Origin: an uncultured Eubacteriales bacterium
GTDB lineage: Bacteria; Acidobacteriota; Aminicenantia; Aminicenantales; Aminicenantaceae
Assembly: GCA_964400735.1 (NCBI GenBank)
Contig: CAYNVQ010000003.1
Span: forward strand, 1 to 64,000
Length of the DNA stretch: 64,000 bases
Direction of reading: 5' to 3'
In this document: one piece after another, positions 41,479 through 51,836 of the stretch
Position numbering within the stretch: the stretch's first letter is position 1
Layout of the letters: each line of letters begins with the position of its first letter
Notes under the pieces: generated by a model
What the model was told of the DNA's origin: nothing
The model's input: the letters and a program-made list of their open reading frames with translations, nothing else
Database searches by the model: none
Program-made: the position numbers and the translations under genes

Positions 41479-42581
41479 CACAGATAGCCTTCCAGAATAA
41501 AATCTTCTCCGAGCTGATGGCATTTTGTTTTTTTTGCCCGAAGGGCGCTGGTGATGGAGGAAAACCCTTGGCCCTCAAAAAATGTGAGGGCTTTCGCTCC
41601 TCCAATCAGCTTGGAAGAAAGGGTGATATAAATTTTATCGATGAGTTTCTGTTCCAGAAGGGAGGTAAGAAGCTGGCTCCCTCCTTCCACCATAATGCTG
41701 GAGATTTCTTTTTCCCCCATCCAGATGAGGACTTTATTCAGGTCCACCCTTCCCTCCGGGCTTTCGGGAAGCGAGATGACCTGCATGCCCCTTTTCTTCA
41801 GGGCCTCTGCCTTTTTCGATGTGCTCGGTTGACAAGTGAAGACGAGAATTTTGCCCCTTTCCAGGGTTTCAAGAATTTTTGCCCCAAAGGGGAACCGAAG
41901 ATGGGAATCGATGATGACGCGTAGAATCGTCTTTTTTTTCCACAGTGGGTGTCTAATCGTTAATCGGGGGTCGTCCTGCAGGATGGTGTTTATTCCCACC
42001 ATGATGGATTCGTGCTCACCACGGAGAAGGTGAACATATTGTCTTGTGGGTTTAGAGGTTATCCAGTGGGATTGATGGCTCCCAGTGGCTATTTTGCCAT
42101 CCAGGCTCGCCGCTATCTTGGCGGTTAGGAAGGGAATTCTGGAACGGATGTATTTATTATAAACTTCGTTAAGAGATGAATTTTTCTCCTGAAGGAGACC
42201 GATGGATACTTCTATTCCAGCCTCTCTCATTTTCTGGATCCCCTTTTGGCAGACGATGGGATTAGGATCGTAAGATGATATGACAGCTCGTTTTATCCTC
42301 GAACGGATGAGATGATCCACACAGGGAGGGGTTCTTCCCCAATGGACACAGGGTTCAAGCGTGATGTAAACCGTGCTGTTCTGTGCCCGTGAGCCTGCCC
42401 TTTGCAGAGCTATGGCTTCAGCGTGGGGTTTGCCCGGTTTTTTGTGGTAACCGGTTCCGATAATCACTCCTTTTTTGACGACAACGGCTCCCACATAGGG
42501 ATTCGGATTAGCCCAGCCTTTGGCTTTTTCGGCAAGGCTGTAGGCCATTTCGAGGAAGGCCATGTCTTGGTTATCGCTCAT
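41478..42581 (-). CDS. ribD: Bifunctional riboflavin deaminase/reductase RibD
   Basis: 367 aa. CMP/dCMP deaminase zinc motif HAE...PCxxC. C-terminal reductase domain. Confidence 0.9.
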   Translation of the reverse strand: MSDNQDMAFLEMAYSLAEKAKGWANPNPYVGAVVVKKGVIIGTGYHKKPGKPHAEAIALQRAGSRAQNSTVYITLEPCVHWGRTPPCVDHLIRSRIKRAVISSYDPNPIVCQKGIQKMREAGIEVSIGLLQEKNSSLNEVYNKYIRSRIPFLTAKIAASLDGKIATGSHQSHWITSKPTRQYVHLLRGEHESIMVGINTILQDDPRLTIRHPLWKKKTILRVIIDSHLRFPFGAKILETLERGKILVFTCQPSTSKKAEALKKRGMQVISLPESPEGRVDLNKVLIWMGEKEISSIMVEGGSQLLTSLLEQKLIDKIYITLSSKLIGGAKALTFFEGQGFSSITSALRAKKTKCHQLGEDFILEGYL

Positions 42582-43471
42582 GAAAGTAAGGCGTTGACGA
42601 ATTCGGGGGGAGAAAAATCCAAAAGATCTTTTTCGTCTTCTCCTACCCCGATATATTTTATGGGGAGATCAAGCTCGTCCATGATGCCAATTGCACTTCC
42701 CCCTCTTGCTGTACCATCCAGCTTGGTGAGAAAAATGCCGGTAAGGCCTGAAAATTTTAAAAATTCCCTTGCCTGAATCAAAGCATTTTGTCCGATTGAG
42801 GCGTCCATTACCAGCAGAATTTCTTGGGGGGCTCCTTCTATTTCCCTAGAAATCACCCTCTTTATTTTTTCCAGCTCATTCATCAGATTGACATTGGTGT
42901 GAATTCTGCCTGCCGTATCCACGAGAAGATAGTCGTAGTCCTTTGCCTTGAGGGATTGAATGGCATCATAGACCACAGAGGCTGGATCGGCGCCATATTG
43001 TCCCTTGATGACCGGGATATTTAGCCTTTTGCCCCATATCGAAAGCTGTTCTTGTGCTGCTGCCCTGAAGGTGTCCGCGGCGACCATCAGGACCTCATTT
43101 CCTTCTTCTTTAAACCTAAAAGCAAGCTTAGCGAGTGACGTGGTTTTGCCTCCGCCGTTTACCCCCGCCATCATGACGACCCAAGGAGGTTGTCGAAAAT
43201 TGTGGGTATTGGGAGGACGAGAAAGGATGTTGGAAATTTCTTTTTCCAAATATTTTTTCACGGTCGAGAAGGAATCAGTCTTTTTGCTCTCTTTACGAAT
43301 GGAATCGATAATTTTTTCGCTCGTTTGCACCCCCACATCGGCAAGAATCAGCGATTCAACCAATTCGTCAAGGATGTCGTCCCTTGTTTTTCCGGATTTG
43401 AGCAGCTCGTCGAACCTCGCTTTCAGACTCGATCTTGTGCGGCCGAGCGTTTTTTTCAGGTCTTTGATCAT
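42578..43471 (-). CDS. ftsY: Signal recognition particle receptor FtsY
   Basis: Starts at the internal Met, MIKDLKK. NG domain with [10 protein letters not shown]. The 80-aa N-terminal extension in the ORF track reads through repeat copy B and is not part of the gene. Confidence 0.8.
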   Translation of the reverse strand: MIKDLKKTLGRTRSSLKARFDELLKSGKTRDDILDELVESLILADVGVQTSEKIIDSIRKESKKTDSFSTVKKYLEKEISNILSRPPNTHNFRQPPWVVMMAGVNGGGKTTSLAKLAFRFKEEGNEVLMVAADTFRAAAQEQLSIWGKRLNIPVIKGQYGADPASVVYDAIQSLKAKDYDYLLVDTAGRIHTNVNLMNELEKIKRVISREIEGAPQEILLVMDASIGQNALIQAREFLKFSGLTGIFLTKLDGTARGGSAIGIMDELDLPIKYIGVGEDEKDLLDFSPPEFVNALLS

Positions 43472-43537
43472 GGCCCAACCATTATATTTTCCGTCCTTTT
43501 TAATGTCAATCGACGGGAAAGACGATTGAGAACTCTC

Positions 43538-43680
43538 ATTTCTGTGACAAAGAAACAGTCGGGCAGGCTTATTCTTCGGATCGATCTCTTCAACCTGCCA
43601 GTAAAGCTTGCTTTCTATGCCCGCTCGGCTTGAATGGCCTCCTAACCAGTCGGAAGGACTTAAAAAAGAACCCTCAAGGT
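43538..43680. repeat. Intergenic repeat element copy B
   Basis: Contains atttctgtgacaaagaaacagtc, cttattcttcgg, cctgccagtaaagcttgctttctatgcccgctcgg and ggcctcctaacca. Collinear with copy A. Sits directly 5' of ftsY. Confidence 0.7.
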
Positions 43681-43844
43681 AATAAGGATACCCTGAAAAG
43701 CGAGGAAGCATCCCCGTTTTGGAGAGATTAATATCAATATTATTAGGTTGACAAGAGGAGGGCTAAATTCTAAAATCATTCCCCTTTGCCCAATGCTCGA
43801 TTATCCACCGAATAGGGTGAGTTTAAACGACTAAAAGGAAGACT

Positions 43845-45542
43845 ATGACGAGCGAAACGGTTTGGTTGTTGAGACCGGCGTCCGAGAAGGTACAAAGCCT
43901 TTCCTCTGAGCTGGATCTTCCAATCGAAGCTGCACAGATCCTGGTAAACAGAGGAATCGACGAGCCCACGAAAGCGCACAATTTCCTCTATGGGGGACTG
44001 AATGACCTTCATGATCCTTACTTGATGAGAGGTATGAAAGAAGCCGTCCAAAGGATCAGAAGGGCCGTATATGGACAGGAAAAGATCCTGATATTTGGCG
44101 ATTATGATGTGGATGGGATTTTATCCGTCGTTGCTCTCACCAAAGCTTTGAGATCTTTGGGAGCAGAAGTGGACTTTTTTATTCCCAACAGACTGGAAGA
44201 AGGGTACGGACTAAGGGAAAAATATGTGGATTTGGCTCTGTCGAAAAAGGCGAGCGTGATCATCAGCGTTGATTGTGGGATCAAAGCGGTGGCTTTTGTG
44301 GAAAAGGCCAAAGAAAAAGGTTTGGATGTCATCGTTACGGATCATCATCAACCGGGCCCGAAACTTCCCAACGCTTTGGCCATACTGAATCCGGCTCTTC
44401 CTGATTCCACTTATCCATACAAATATTTAGCGGGAGTCGGAGTCGTCTTTAAGTTGATTCAGGCTCTTCTTGACGTCGAGTCCAAATCGTCTCAACTTCC
44501 CCACTACCTCAAGCTCGTTTCGATTGGAACGGTGGCAGATATCGTCGAATTGAAGGACGAGAACAGAATATTCGTCAAGTTCGGGTTGAGGGGGTTGGAA
44601 GACGTGACGAACATCGGATTGAAAAGCTTGATGGATATCTGCGGCATACACAAAAGACGCATCTCTGTCGGGGATCTGGGATTTAGGATAGGCCCGAGGA
44701 TCAATGCTGCAGGACGTCTGGGGATGACAGACCTTGCGGTGAACCTTTTCTTTTCCGATTCGACAGAGGATGTTAAAGATATAACCAGGAGTTTGGATAA
44801 ACTCAATTCCCGAAGACAAAGAATTGAGGAAAAGGTTTTTAACCAGGCGAAGGATAGGGTGAAAAGGCGATCTTTGGATACACGCTACAAACTTCTTCTG
44901 CTTGGTTGTGAAGAGTGGCATAGAGGAGTTATTGGAATCGTGGCTTCCAAGATAAAGGACGAGTTTTATCGGCCGGTCATTCTATTTTCATATAAAGAGG
45001 GAAAAGCTTATGGATCCGGAAGGAGCATACGTGAATTTCCTTTGATCGATTGCTTGGAAATGAATAAGGAACTTTTTCTCAATTACGGCGGGCACACAAT
45101 GGCTGTCGGATGCGAGTTGGATCGCGAAAATATGCAGAATTTTAGAAGTCGTATGAATGCATTTGTGAGTTCGAGGATTACGCCAGAACATCTGAAAAGA
45201 AAAATTTATATCGATGCCAAAGTCGATTTCGCAGATATCAACCTAGCCCTTCTCGATAAATTATCGTTGCTCTCTCCTTTTGGGATGGGAAATCCCAAGC
45301 CTCTTTTTCTGACGGAGGAGGTCGAAATAGTGACAAACCCGAAAAAAATTCAGGGAAAGCACTCAAAATTTCTCTTCAAGAAGGATGGGAGAATTTTTGA
45401 ATCCATCGGTTGGGGAAAAGGAAAGTGGGCCGATGAGATGGAGATGGGGGATAGATTAAATATTGTCTACTCACTCCAGATTTCCGAGTACCTGGGGGAA
45501 GAGCGATTGACGCTGTTTCTCGAGGATACCAAAAGGTCCTAA
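43845..45542 (+). CDS. recJ: Single-stranded-DNA-specific exonuclease RecJ
   Basis: 565 aa. DHH motifs (IFGDYDVDG, DHH) and a DHHA1 domain. Confidence 0.85.
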   Translation: MTSETVWLLRPASEKVQSLSSELDLPIEAAQILVNRGIDEPTKAHNFLYGGLNDLHDPYLMRGMKEAVQRIRRAVYGQEKILIFGDYDVDGILSVVALTKALRSLGAEVDFFIPNRLEEGYGLREKYVDLALSKKASVIISVDCGIKAVAFVEKAKEKGLDVIVTDHHQPGPKLPNALAILNPALPDSTYPYKYLAGVGVVFKLIQALLDVESKSSQLPHYLKLVSIGTVADIVELKDENRIFVKFGLRGLEDVTNIGLKSLMDICGIHKRRISVGDLGFRIGPRINAAGRLGMTDLAVNLFFSDSTEDVKDITRSLDKLNSRRQRIEEKVFNQAKDRVKRRSLDTRYKLLLLGCEEWHRGVIGIVASKIKDEFYRPVILFSYKEGKAYGSGRSIREFPLIDCLEMNKELFLNYGGHTMAVGCELDRENMQNFRSRMNAFVSSRITPEHLKRKIYIDAKVDFADINLALLDKLSLLSPFGMGNPKPLFLTEEVEIVTNPKKIQGKHSKFLFKKDGRIFESIGWGKGKWADEMEMGDRLNIVYSLQISEYLGEERLTLFLEDTKRS

Positions 45543-45800
45543 AACCTATATCTTTCCTCTAAAACAGCTTCCTCGTGCTCGACCCTCGATAAGCTCACGC
45601 ATGACAGTGGGATCTCCCTTATCGTTATCCTTCGAGGCAGTTCCCCGCAGACATGTTTAGCTGGATCGCCGGTTCGCAGCAGCTTCATGAGCCACTTCCA
45701 GGATAAAGGCTTTAATGAGGTTGCCTGCTGAGTGGGACAAATTCTGGTTAAAGGCTTGAATTTTAGGGTATAATTAATAAGACGATTTATGAGATAATCC

Positions 45801-47690
45801 ATGAAAAGCCCTAGGTTTCAAGGACGCCTTGTTCTAAGAATCCTCAGTCTCGGACTGCTTCTGGCAGTGATGCTGATCATCGTCTCGAATTTCATATCCC
45901 GCTCGAGGAGACAGTTGCGAATTCCCGAAGTATCTTCTCCCTTGGAAGGGCAAAAAATTGACAAAAAAGAAGAGGTTGAATTTCGGGAGATCAGAAGAAA
46001 CGAAGAATACACGAGGATGACGGCCGACCAGCATTATATAGGAGAAGATAACCTATATCATCTGGAAGGAAACGTCGAATTATCTTTTTATAAACGGAGT
46101 GAAGGCGACATCGTTCTTAAAGGCAATGAAATCATTCACAACAGAGAACGCACCTATTTTTGGCTTAAAGGAGGAGCGATCGTCGAATTCAAAGATCTGG
46201 TTATAAAATCTCCGGCTATGGAATTCGATGTCAGAGAAAATATGTTCAGTGGTGACCAAGGAATCCAATTTTTTTCAGGGTCAATTTCTGGTGCGGCTCG
46301 AAAATTCTTTTACGACTTAAATAAAAAAAAAGCTCAGCTGATAGGGAAAGTCCACCTGGAGATTCAACCAAGTCTTGAGGATTCGCTTCCTGTAAAGGTT
46401 GATACTGAATTTCTTGAATATTTTGTCAAAAGGGGAAAGGGAAGCGCAGAGAAAACGGTGGAGCTGGTGCACGGAAAGAGCCATGTCTCAGCTGGTCTCA
46501 TGCGGTTCGAACTTGCCGCGAACAGAGATCAGATCAAATCGCTGTTTTTGAAAGAAAGAGTGAAAATTACTCTGATAGAAGAATTAGAAGAGGACGAAAC
46601 TTTATCAAATCAAACTACTTTTTCCCTTTATGGAGACAGATGCGAGATTGAAGCCGACGAGATATCCCTAAAAGGTTTTGTGGGGATGCCCCAGATAGAT
46701 AACATGGAAGCGCGAGGAAACAGCACCTTTCGGTTTTTTTCCGAGAATGGCAATTCCACCCAAATCGAAGGGAAAAAGATTTTTTTCAATCTTTCTCATA
46801 ACGGGAGGTTGAAAAAGTTATCTGTTCTTGAGGATGCTAGGATTACCGAAAAGGATAAAAAAAAGGGGTCAGTAAGATATATTGAAGGACAGACCTTGTT
46901 AATCGATGAAGGTAAGAATATTTTGAAGGTCGATGGGACCGAGACCACAAAGGCGAGAATTCGTTCACCAAGTTCGGAGATCAGCTCTCGACAAATAAAC
47001 ATTTTTCTCAAGAACGATGATATAGAGACCGAGATGGAGACAGAGGTCATTATTTATCCTGAAGAAGACTCCCCCACAGGTTTAGGCTTTTTCTCCGGGG
47101 AAAGCCCTGTTTTTATCACAGCCGACAATTTGAGATATTTTGATGACCGCCAACGTTTTATATTTAGTGGAGGCGTCAAACTGTGGCAGCTAAAGGAAAT
47201 GTTTTTAGCCCAAAACCTATCGATGGATATTGAAACGGGAGCCGTCCAGGCAAAAGGAAGCATCCGATCTTCTCTGCCTTATAAGCCCAAAAACGAAGAT
47301 GAGGAGGAGAGGATAAGGATAGAATCTACGCGAATGGCCTTTGATCCCGAAAAAAAAATCATTACTTATACCGGAGGGGTTATCCTCAAAGTAAAGGATA
47401 TTAGTCTCAAAAGCCGATTCCTGACTATCACCTTGGAGAAGGAGTCGGGGGAGATATTGGATATGACGGCAAAGCAACAAGTTGTGGTTCTCCAAAATAT
47501 ATATGAAGGAAGAGGGGAGGAAGCGAGGTTCGATGTGAAGGAGGAGGTCATCACGATGGTGGGGAATCCGGTTTTAATAGACAAGGAACGGGGGAAAACA
47601 GAGGGGGGGAAATTGACTTTCTCTATTGCCGATGATAGAATCGTGATTGAAAACAAGGATAGAGAAAGGTCGATAACGGTCATAAAATAG
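45801..47690 (+). CDS. Large membrane-anchored LptC/LptA(OstA)-like multi-jellyroll protein
   Basis: 629 aa. N-terminal transmembrane anchor. Several OstA-like beta-jellyroll segments. Sits immediately upstream of lptB. Confidence 0.55.
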   Translation: MKSPRFQGRLVLRILSLGLLLAVMLIIVSNFISRSRRQLRIPEVSSPLEGQKIDKKEEVEFREIRRNEEYTRMTADQHYIGEDNLYHLEGNVELSFYKRSEGDIVLKGNEIIHNRERTYFWLKGGAIVEFKDLVIKSPAMEFDVRENMFSGDQGIQFFSGSISGAARKFFYDLNKKKAQLIGKVHLEIQPSLEDSLPVKVDTEFLEYFVKRGKGSAEKTVELVHGKSHVSAGLMRFELAANRDQIKSLFLKERVKITLIEELEEDETLSNQTTFSLYGDRCEIEADEISLKGFVGMPQIDNMEARGNSTFRFFSENGNSTQIEGKKIFFNLSHNGRLKKLSVLEDARITEKDKKKGSVRYIEGQTLLIDEGKNILKVDGTETTKARIRSPSSEISSRQINIFLKNDDIETEMETEVIIYPEEDSPTGLGFFSGESPVFITADNLRYFDDRQRFIFSGGVKLWQLKEMFLAQNLSMDIETGAVQAKGSIRSSLPYKPKNEDEEERIRIESTRMAFDPEKKIITYTGGVILKVKDISLKSRFLTITLEKESGEILDMTAKQQVVVLQNIYEGRGEEARFDVKEEVITMVGNPVLIDKERGKTEGGKLTFSIADDRIVIENKDRERSITVIK

Positions 47691-47696
47691 TGGAAA

Positions 47697-48428
47697 ATGG
47701 AAAACTGTTTGGAAGCCGTGGGGCTGGAAAAAAGCTTTCATAGAAATAAGGTGGTCGAAGATGTATCGATCACGGTCGAGAAGGGCGAAATCGTCGGGCT
47801 TTTAGGCCCAAACGGAGCGGGGAAGACCACGACGTTTTCCCTGATTCTGGGTCTCATCCATCAAGATGGGGGACAAGTTCTCTTGGATGGGGAGGATATA
47901 ACAGAATTGCCCATGTATGTACGAGCGAGAAGGGGATTATGCCTGCTTCCCCAGGAGCCATCCGCTTTCCGGAGACTCAGCGTTGAGGACAATCTCTTGT
48001 CCATCGTGGAAAATATGTCAGATGGGTCGGCCAGAGGGGATGGAATCCTGAGAAATGTGCTCACAGAAATGGGATTGATGAAGCTGTCCAAAGTGAAAGC
48101 ATACACTTTATCAGGAGGAGAGCGAAGAAGACTGGAGATTGCCCGCGCTCTTGTTACTGACCCTGAATACATGCTTTTGGATGAGCCTTTTACGGGGATT
48201 GATCCCCTGGCCATTCTTGACCTACAAGATGTCATTCTTTCTTTACGGAACAAGGGCATTGGAGTTCTGATCACCGATCACAGTGTTCGGGAGACCCTCA
48301 AGATCACGGATCGGGCTTATATCATAGACAGGGGAAAAATCCTCGCCCATGGAACTTCCCCTCAACTGGTCTCTAGCAATAAGGTGAGAGAAATTTATCT
48401 CGGCGACGAGTTTAACCTTGATGAATGA
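47697..48428 (+). CDS. lptB: LPS export ABC transporter ATP-binding protein LptB
   Basis: 243 aa. GPNGAGKTT, LSGGERRRLEIARAL. Directly precedes rpoN. Confidence 0.85.
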   Translation: MENCLEAVGLEKSFHRNKVVEDVSITVEKGEIVGLLGPNGAGKTTTFSLILGLIHQDGGQVLLDGEDITELPMYVRARRGLCLLPQEPSAFRRLSVEDNLLSIVENMSDGSARGDGILRNVLTEMGLMKLSKVKAYTLSGGERRRLEIARALVTDPEYMLLDEPFTGIDPLAILDLQDVILSLRNKGIGVLITDHSVRETLKITDRAYIIDRGKILAHGTSPQLVSSNKVREIYLGDEFNLDE

Positions 48429-48453
48429 AGGGCTTATCATGAGGGGATGTTAG

Positions 48454-49905
48454 ATGGTTTTGAAACAACAGCTCCACCAAAAGCAGGTTCAAAAACTCAT
48501 ACTCGCCCCCGCCCTGCAACAGGCGATAAAACTTCTCCCCTTAACGAACTTGGAGCTTATCGAAATTATCGATGCCGAGCTTTCTCAGAATCCCATGCTG
48601 GAAATTGAGGAGGAAACAGCAGAAAAAAAGACAGAGGAGACCGAAGGAGGGGAGGATACAAAGACAGATGCTGGCGATGAAACGCTGATCGATTCCAAAG
48701 ATAGAGAGGATGACCAGGAGATCGAGGCCTATTTCCAACAGTATTTTGATGAAGGCTTTCGATCCTTTTCTTACGAGAAAAAGGAAACGGTAGCCTTGGA
48801 AAACATCGTTTCTAAAAGCGTTACTCTCTGGGATCATCTTGACTGGCAGGCCAATTTAACTTTTTTTAGCGAAGCAGACAAGGAAATCGCCACTTACATC
48901 ATCGGGAATGTTAACGAGGAGGGTTTTCTTACCATCTCCCTTCAGGAAATTGCCTCAGCCACAGGGGCTTCAGAGGAAAGAATTGAAAAAGTGCGGGAAA
49001 AGATCAAGAAATTCGATCCTGTTGGAGTAGGGAGTTTTTCTGTCTCAGAAGCTCTCTTGGCTCAGATGGATTACTTCGAGATTGAAGATAAAATCACCAG
49101 ATTGATCGTCAGCCAGCACCTCCACCTTTTGGAAAAATCGGATTTCATTCAAGTGGCTAGAGAGTTGGGCATTTCTTTAGAGGAAGTCAAACCTCATATC
49201 GACGTTATCAAGAGCCTAGATCCTACCCCCGGAAGGAAATACAGCCAAGAAAAAACGACTTATGTGGTGCCTGATATCCTGGTCACTAAGGAAGGGGATG
49301 ATTTGAAAATCGCCCTCAATGATGAAGGCCTGCCCCGTCTCAAAGTCAATTCTTTTTACAGGAAAATGATTTCCCGGGCATCCAAGGAAAATCCTGAGGC
49401 TTACCAGTATCTCAAAGACAAGATGAAGAAAGCGTTCTGGTTTCTTCGAAGTTTGGATCAGAGAGATCAGACAATACACAAGGTTGCCCGATATATCGTC
49501 GACAAACAGAAAGATTTTATAGAAAGAGGGATTGAATACATAAAACCGTTGACTCTGATCGAATTGGCCCAAGAAATTGGAGTGCACGAATCGACGGTGG
49601 GACGGGTGGTAGCGAACAAATACATCATGACCCCCCGAGGCGTATTTTCGCTCAAATACTTCTTTCATAAATCTCTTTCTGGAGATTTTGGGGAGGAGGT
49701 TTCTTCCTTGAGAGTGAAGGAGAGAATCAAGAAGTTGGTGGAAAACGAAGACCGGAAGAATCCTCTCAGTGATATCGAAATTGAAAATATACTCGCCCGG
49801 GAGAATTTTAGGATCGCCCGCCGCACCGTGGCCAAATACCGAAAGCAGTTGAAGATCCCTCCCTCTCATATACGAAAACGAAAATATTGGGTGGAGGAAA
49901 TTTGA
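48454..49905 (+). CDS. rpoN: RNA polymerase sigma-54 factor
   Basis: 483 aa. N-terminal Gln/Leu-rich region. C-terminal RpoN box ARRTVAKYR. Confidence 0.9.
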   Translation: MVLKQQLHQKQVQKLILAPALQQAIKLLPLTNLELIEIIDAELSQNPMLEIEEETAEKKTEETEGGEDTKTDAGDETLIDSKDREDDQEIEAYFQQYFDEGFRSFSYEKKETVALENIVSKSVTLWDHLDWQANLTFFSEADKEIATYIIGNVNEEGFLTISLQEIASATGASEERIEKVREKIKKFDPVGVGSFSVSEALLAQMDYFEIEDKITRLIVSQHLHLLEKSDFIQVARELGISLEEVKPHIDVIKSLDPTPGRKYSQEKTTYVVPDILVTKEGDDLKIALNDEGLPRLKVNSFYRKMISRASKENPEAYQYLKDKMKKAFWFLRSLDQRDQTIHKVARYIVDKQKDFIERGIEYIKPLTLIELAQEIGVHESTVGRVVANKYIMTPRGVFSLKYFFHKSLSGDFGEEVSSLRVKERIKKLVENEDRKNPLSDIEIENILARENFRIARRTVAKYRKQLKIPPSHIRKRKYWVEEI

Positions 49906-50429
49906 TGAAGATAAACTTTACGGCACGTCATACAAGTGTAACCCCTGACATCAAAAAATATTGTGAAAAGAGGATCAAATCCTTGGAGAAAATACTCGGG
50001 CATTCCATCGACGCGGATATTCTGCTTTCGGTTGAAAAATACAGACAAAAGGCAGAAATTAACCTTAAAACGAAGAGAGCGGCCTTCAACACGGTTGAAG
50101 AAACCCACGAAATGACCAGTTCTCTAGTAGGCGCCTTCGATCACCTAGAAAAGAGAGTGAAAAAGGAGAGGGAGAAACTCAGGGAAAGAAAGCGGAGGAG
50201 AATAAGAGAAATAGGGGCTTTTGCCTCCACCGAGGAAACGGAGGTCCGACAAAAAAGAGTGATCCGCAGTCAAAGTTATTCCATGAAACCGATGTCTCTG
50301 GAGGAAGCGATCATTCAGTTCGAAGCGAGCAAAAATGAAATATTGCTCTATCGGACAGCCGAAAAAGAAAATTGGGCTGTCCTTTACCGCCGGAAAGACG
50401 GAAATTATGGTTTAGTGGAGCCTGAATAA
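49905..50429 (+). CDS. hpf: Ribosome hibernation promoting factor (long HPF)
   Basis: Starts MKINFTARH. Its position after rpoN. Overlaps the rpoN stop by 1 nt. Confidence 0.8.
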   Translation: MKINFTARHTSVTPDIKKYCEKRIKSLEKILGHSIDADILLSVEKYRQKAEINLKTKRAAFNTVEETHEMTSSLVGAFDHLEKRVKKEREKLRERKRRRIREIGAFASTEETEVRQKRVIRSQSYSMKPMSLEEAIIQFEASKNEILLYRTAEKENWAVLYRRKDGNYGLVEPE

Positions 50430-50458
50430 AGGAATTCGACCGAGAGAGAGATATATCA

Positions 50459-50929
50459 TTGAAAATCCAAAGCTTATTAACCCCAGACATGGTCTTGCTG
50501 GAGGTGGAATCCCGAGAGCGAGATGAAGTTTTAAAGGAGATGGTGAGTTTTTTAAAACAGAAGGAAAAAATTTCCAAGGAGAAAGAACTGTACGAAAAAT
50601 TGATCCAGAGGGAAGAATTGGGAAGCACGGCTATCGGTGATGGCGTCGCTATCCCACACTGCAAGATGAAAGGTATAAAAAACCCGGTTGTTATGCTTGC
50701 CGTTTCCAAAAAAGGCGTCGAATTTCATTCTTTGGACGGACATCCGACCTTTGTATTTTTTCTGGTGGTGTCGTCTCCTGATAACCCGAGCTTGAACCTC
50801 CAGATCCTGGCCGCCATTGCTCACCTGGTAAGGAAAGCGGATTCTTTTTTGAAAAAAATACTGGAAGCCAAAAGCATATCGAATATTCTGGATATCATTA
50901 AAGAAGAAGAAGAGAAAATAAATGAGTGA
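50459..50929 (+). CDS. ptsN: PTS IIA-like nitrogen regulatory protein (EIIA-Ntr)
   Basis: 156 aa. Active-site region GDGVAIPHCK. Confidence 0.8.
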   Translation: MKIQSLLTPDMVLLEVESRERDEVLKEMVSFLKQKEKISKEKELYEKLIQREELGSTAIGDGVAIPHCKMKGIKNPVVMLAVSKKGVEFHSLDGHPTFVFFLVVSSPDNPSLNLQILAAIAHLVRKADSFLKKILEAKSISNILDIIKEEEEKINE

Positions 50930-51833
50930 AGGAGGGGAAGACTCCCTTCTAGTCCGGCATTTTTATAAACTGGCCAAGGTTCCATTGAGACTTTCTTCTG
51001 TTTCGGGCAGAACTGGATTTTCGAGAATGCTGCATACTCCTTATCAGACGGCTGATTGGCTGCCCGTGCAAATTTGGGGTAGGAGAGAACTGCAAAAAAT
51101 TGAAAATCTGCCACCCGCTCAGAGAAAAAAGTTCATCCAAGGGGAATTCCAAAACTTTTCCTGTTGCGTTTTATCCGACAACCTCTCTTTTCCCCCATCA
51201 GCCAGAGAGATAGCCCTCGAGAATAAATTGGCCTTGTTCAAGTCCGAACTTTCAAGATCCAGACTGAAAACACGCTTGAAAGAGCTGTTTTCTAGTCTGT
51301 ATAATTCATCGCTCACTCTATCCGGAGGATTACTTCAGATATTTGGAATAGGCGTGCTCATTTTGGGGGATAGCGGAGTGGGGAAAAGCGAAAGTGCCTT
51401 GGAGCTTATTGCAAGAGGGCATATTTTCATTTCTGATGATGTCGTCAGGATTCAAAAGGACGTTAATGGAAATCTGAGCGGTACCGCTGTTTCGATTTCT
51501 CGCAATTTCATGGAGATCAGAGGTTTGGGGATTATCAACGTCGCTAAGATTTTTGGAAAAAAATCCATCAGTCCGAAATCAAAAATTGAGCTGATCATCA
51601 TGCTCAGAAAATGGGAAGAAGGAAAGGACTATGACCGCCTTGGACTTGAGATTCCTGAGACCTATAAAATATTAGGAGTAAGTGTACCCAAAATTTCCAT
51701 TCCTGTGGCGCCCGGAAGGAATATTTCCACGCTTATCGAGGTGGCCTGTAAGGTATTCTTATTGAAGGAAAAAGGATATCTTGCTGCTCGGGAGATCACA
51801 GAGAAATTGGAGCGAGCTCTGTCGCGTCGGTGA
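50922..51833 (+). CDS. hprK: HPr kinase/phosphorylase
   Basis: 303 aa. P-loop GDSGVGKSESALEL...GHIFISDD. Confidence 0.85.
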   Translation: MSEGGEDSLLVRHFYKLAKVPLRLSSVSGRTGFSRMLHTPYQTADWLPVQIWGRRELQKIENLPPAQRKKFIQGEFQNFSCCVLSDNLSFPPSAREIALENKLALFKSELSRSRLKTRLKELFSSLYNSSLTLSGGLLQIFGIGVLILGDSGVGKSESALELIARGHIFISDDVVRIQKDVNGNLSGTAVSISRNFMEIRGLGIINVAKIFGKKSISPKSKIELIIMLRKWEEGKDYDRLGLEIPETYKILGVSVPKISIPVAPGRNISTLIEVACKVFLLKEKGYLAAREITEKLERALSRR

Positions 51834-51836
51834 GGT

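Noticed and set aside
43590-43635. FMN riboswitch (RFN) call for the repeat core CAGUAAAGCuugcuuucuaUGCCCG
   Set aside because: Only a roughly 35-nt segment resembles RFN. It is on the strand opposite to the rib genes. Near-identical copies sit next to rpsT and other non-riboflavin genes. The GGGCAGGGUGAAAUUCCC 5' element and the 3' AGUCUGGAUGGGAGA element are absent.
43472-43711. 80-aa N-terminal extension of the ftsY ORF
   Set aside because: It reads straight through repeat copy B and has an implausible composition. The FtsY NG domain plus a short A-region begins at the internal Met at 43471.
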